A DNA stretch of 64,000 nt from positions 41,617-105,616 of the forward strand of contig JBHLLG010000004.1 in assembly GCA_048885925.1 (NCBI GenBank), in the 5' to 3' direction. Positions 60,758 to 64,000 of this stretch are shown here, piece after piece. The stretch comes from Candidatus Hermodarchaeota archaeon (GTDB lineage Archaea > Asgardarchaeota > Lokiarchaeia > Sigyniarchaeales > SOKP01). The notes below the pieces were generated by a model. That model was given only the letters and a program-made list of their open reading frames with translations, ran no database searches and had not been told where the DNA came from. How positions within the stretch are numbered: the stretch's first letter is position 1; every line of letters starts with the position of its first letter. Made by a program: the position numbers and the translations under genes.

Positions 60758-61582
60758 TTAGTTTAAATCTAGGACTTCATTCATTGAGCCAGATCTAAAG
60801 CCCTCAATATCAATGGTTATATATGTAAATCCAATTTCTTTCATTTTCTTTTTAATTAATTCCAAATTTTTCACAGTTAGAATTTTGGATAAATCTTTAG
60901 GCATAAATTCGATTCGAGCAAGAGATTCTTCATGTAATCTTACTCTTAATTGATCTAAATTAAATTTGCTCTTAAGAAATTTTTCAGATTCCCTAATCAT
61001 AAATAACTTCTTTTCATTGATAATTTGACCATAGGGAATTCGAGAAGAAAAACAAGCCATTGATGGCTTGGATTGGACATCAAGTTCATAAAATTTACAA
61101 ATTTCTCTTATTTCACTTTTATTTATATTAAAATCAATATAAGGTGTAGAAATTTTTAATTCTTTTAACGCTTGCATACCGGGTCTATAGTCCGAAAGAT
61201 CATCTATATTTGAACCATCTAATATTAAATCAAAATTTTTTGAATCTCTAATTTCAATTATGTCATTATAGAGACCTGTCTTACAAATATAACATCTATT
61301 TGAGGGATTGCATTGGAACTCTTCGTCTTTTAAAGGATCTCGTTCAATAATCATATGGTTAACACCATGTTTACTTGCAAATTGAGATGCGTTTTTAATT
61401 TCTTCCTCAGGATATAAAATTGATTTTTCAGTAACAAGTAGGGTATCTTTAGCATATTTTTTTGAAAGAAATGCTAAAAGTGAACTATCTACACCCCCCG
61501 AAAAGGCGACAATAACTTTGTTTTCCTTTAAAGAAGTGATAAGTTCTTTAAGTTTTTTATTTAGACTTTCAGATAATTCCAT
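60758..61582 (-). CDS. larE: ATP-dependent sacrificial sulfur transferase LarE-like
   Basis: AFSGGVDS, NP.NRCYICK, DYRPG, KPSMACFSSRIPYG, GFRSGSMN. Confidence 0.9.
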   Translation of the reverse strand: MELSESLNKKLKELITSLKENKVIVAFSGGVDSSLLAFLSKKYAKDTLLVTEKSILYPEEEIKNASQFASKHGVNHMIIERDPLKDEEFQCNPSNRCYICKTGLYNDIIEIRDSKNFDLILDGSNIDDLSDYRPGMQALKELKISTPYIDFNINKSEIREICKFYELDVQSKPSMACFSSRIPYGQIINEKKLFMIRESEKFLKSKFNLDQLRVRLHEESLARIEFMPKDLSKILTVKNLELIKKKMKEIGFTYITIDIEGFRSGSMNEVLDLN

Positions 61583-61686
61583 ATTTAACTTATTTTCTCA
61601 TTTATCTATAAAAAATTTAGTACTACTTTCTTCGAGTTTTTAAAATAAGGAAAAAAAATAAAATTTATGCTTAATAATTGAAGGAA

Positions 61687-62976
61687 TTAGTAAAAATCTG
61701 CTTTGAACTTTTGAAGTTTACTAACTTTATAGAAATTAGTAATCATAGTACCAAAAATTGCAATTATAATTCCAATTATTACCCAGAAATAAATAATATA
61801 AGTCAAATCATTGGTATCATATGGTATTATTGAGATATTTCCCCCCGAAAAAAGTGAAATTGGAAATATTTGGGGATTATTTAAAAGTATTAACAAAAGG
61901 GGTATATAAGCTAATGAATAAAATGCTTCGATTACTAACATTACTTGTTGTCCTGTATGATTTCGTACCCCAATTGTTAATCGAATCAAATTAATTAAGC
62001 CACTGATGATTATAAGTAATCCAAACATTTTTAGCCAATCGAGAAATTCAGGAATAAACATACCCGAGATTTCTGCGAATGGTTGAAGAATTATAAATAA
62101 TCCAAATATCAAACCTGCAATAGTACCAAAAATTAATTCACCAACTGAAACTGGTTGGGCTTTCTTTAAATCTCTTTTTAGTTTAGCTGCTTCTTTTCTT
62201 TCTTCTCTAAGTTGTTTTGCTCTTTCTAATTTCTCTTCTCTCCGCAATTTTGCTTCTAATATTTTCTGTTCTCTTCTTAATTCTGCAGCAGCTAATTTTT
62301 CTTCTGTTATTTCTTTTAATTCAGAAAGTTTTTTTCTTGTTCGTAATCTTGCTTCAGCTATTGTTTCCTTTATCTTTTGTTTTGCTTCATCCAATTGCAT
62401 TTTTGTATATGCTCGAGTTTCTTTTAAACCTTTTTCTGATATATGGAAAGGGAAAATTGAAGCCAATCTTGAAGGGATTACACCAAAATCTTCAGGTAAA
62501 AATCCTTGCATTGAAAAATAAAAAAAGATCAACGTTATCACAAGAGCAGTGATAAAACAACCAATCCACATACCTGAGAACATTTCTCCTAGACTTAATA
62601 GCCAATTCCAAGGTTGAAAAATGAATTTAAAAATGGATACAAGAACATTGATAATAATGACTATAATAAAGAAAAAGAACATCGTTCTTAAATAAAAATC
62701 AAACAGTTCTTCTGTAATATATATTTTCGGTGTTCCTCGCTTTTTATAAATCTTAGCAATACTCTCAGGAGAACCAATTTGTATTAAAGCTTGTTGAATT
62801 TGAAAATCAGATGGTTCTTGTCCTTCTGCAATATTTCTTGCTTCATCCAAAATTTGAATTTCTAAGTCTTTTAAGACTTTTATAACCTCATTTTTCTTCA
62901 GTTTTAACCATTCAGGAAACTTTTTATGCACTTGAACAAGATAATGATTAATCATTTCATTTTCAGAATAGCTCAT
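61687..62976 (-). CDS. Membrane protein with HAAS-like N-terminus and charged helical insertion
   Basis: YL..V...P...E...I.D...IGSP..IA..Y; E/R/K-rich cytoplasmic segment between TM blocks. Confidence 0.75.
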   Translation of the reverse strand: MSYSENEMINHYLVQVHKKFPEWLKLKKNEVIKVLKDLEIQILDEARNIAEGQEPSDFQIQQALIQIGSPESIAKIYKKRGTPKIYITEELFDFYLRTMFFFFIIVIIINVLVSIFKFIFQPWNWLLSLGEMFSGMWIGCFITALVITLIFFYFSMQGFLPEDFGVIPSRLASIFPFHISEKGLKETRAYTKMQLDEAKQKIKETIAEARLRTRKKLSELKEITEEKLAAAELRREQKILEAKLRREEKLERAKQLREERKEAAKLKRDLKKAQPVSVGELIFGTIAGLIFGLFIILQPFAEISGMFIPEFLDWLKMFGLLIIISGLINLIRLTIGVRNHTGQQVMLVIEAFYSLAYIPLLLILLNNPQIFPISLFSGGNISIIPYDTNDLTYIIYFWVIIGIIIAIFGTMITNFYKVSKLQKFKADFY

Positions 62977-63131
62977 TTTAGATCCTTCTTTTTAATCGAA
63001 AATTAAAAATTTTATTTTTAATTTGATTTAATCTTTAGTTTATAATAAAATTAAAGTAGTCCAATTTTAAATTATAATAAAGAAGAAGAATTGAACATTC
63101 TAAAGAGATTTTCATCGATTAATATAAAGGT

Positions 63132-63911
63132 TTACCATTTGAAATCAGGATTGAAAAAAAGCAGTGAATTCAATTTTTGTAGAGTAATAAAAACAATTAC
63201 GTAATACCAAGAAAGAGAGGCAAACATCATGATCCATTCAAGGAATTGTCTTGTTAAAGGAGCAGGAGATAATAGAAATATTATAGAAGCTGTAGATGGA
63301 CCAAATATCATGAAGTAACCAATAGTTTTCGGAAATATTCTTCTTCTTAATACTATTGCTAAACCTGTAAAAAAAGCGCCAGCAGCAAATCCTCCAAATG
63401 CAGATGATGAGAAATAGAAATGTAAATTAAATGGAGAACGATCTAGGCTAAAAACTCCCACAAAAAACATGCCAATAACTCCAATAAAAAGACTTATTAC
63501 ACCAATATAACCAAATATTCTTCTAAACAAAATAATATTGTGCTCTCTTTTTGAATCATCTAATTTATGATTTTGATGTGTACTGTATAATCGACTTAAA
63601 TTTAAGATTAGTGGTATGATAAAAATGGCACTAAGAATACATGTTAGATCCAAAATAAAGGGGGCTGGGGTGTATTTAAGAGACCCTAAGTCGCTTATCC
63701 AATTATACCAAACATTATACTCAATAGGACCATAAGCTATCGCAATAAATAATCCTAAGATTAATCCTGGTAAAAATGTAAGTAAACTAATATAAATAGA
63801 AATTTTAACAATTTTGGGCTCTGTGAGCTTATCATATAGATATTTGCCATTTCTTTTCATCTTTATGAAAATTGGATTCATAAAGTCCTTATATAAACTT
63901 TTTTGGCCCAT
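63132..63911 (-). CDS. DUF998-like membrane protein
   Basis: Y....NWISDLG, VGVFS.D....LH, FLEW. Confidence 0.8.
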   Translation of the reverse strand: MGQKSLYKDFMNPIFIKMKRNGKYLYDKLTEPKIVKISIYISLLTFLPGLILGLFIAIAYGPIEYNVWYNWISDLGSLKYTPAPFILDLTCILSAIFIIPLILNLSRLYSTHQNHKLDDSKREHNIILFRRIFGYIGVISLFIGVIGMFFVGVFSLDRSPFNLHFYFSSSAFGGFAAGAFFTGLAIVLRRRIFPKTIGYFMIFGPSTASIIFLLSPAPLTRQFLEWIMMFASLSWYYVIVFITLQKLNSLLFFNPDFKW

Positions 63912-64000
63912 ATTATTTTACCTTTCTTATTAATTTATTAACATTTCTAAAATATAAAATTTATTCTACTCGGAAACTAAATTTATGATAATCTTAACCC

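Noticed and set aside
331-62552. Many short ORF-track entries antisense to or overlapping real genes (e.g. 331-522, 3435-3629, 9408-9683, 23090-23461, 33117-33437, 38747-38947, 41499-41753, 62217-62552)
   Set aside because: Shadow ORFs of well-supported genes with no motifs
1-64000. Prophage, transposon, CRISPR, tRNA or rRNA
   Set aside because: No integrase, transposase, repeat-spacer array or GC-rich structured RNA gene was seen by eye

Overview
Very AT-rich archaeal chromosomal DNA, most consistent with an Asgard archaeon (Lokiarchaeia/Promethearchaeota-like). This is inferred from longin/roadblock proteins, a Rag/Arf-like small GTPase, ubiquitin machinery, archaeal AlaS/DtdA and methanopterin/F420 genes. 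No rRNA, tRNA, CRISPR or mobile element was seen. The main blocks are: a thiol-redox region (1-12 kb); a signalling region with sensor kinase, receiver-longin fusion, small GTPase and five Cys-tailed Lrp/AsnC regulators (12-22 kb); housekeeping genes (dtdA, alaS, ftsZ, EndoQ); and a methanopterin/F420 biosynthesis cluster (45-61 kb). The standout is a complete, self-contained ubiquitin-like conjugation locus (37.5-45.4 kb). It has two paralogous modifiers with acidic N-terminal tails that end in -STAG rather than -GG, a membrane-anchored non-conjugatable copy of the same Ubl domain, an E1, an E2 with insertions, a JAMM protease and a polytopic membrane RING-type E3. A neighbouring long coiled-coil protein shares a K-T-P motif with the modifiers. 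The second highlight is a two-component response regulator whose output domain resembles a C9orf72/NPRL2-type uDENN longin, co-oriented with a Rag-like GTPase. All family assignments come from motif recognition by eye; no database searches were run.
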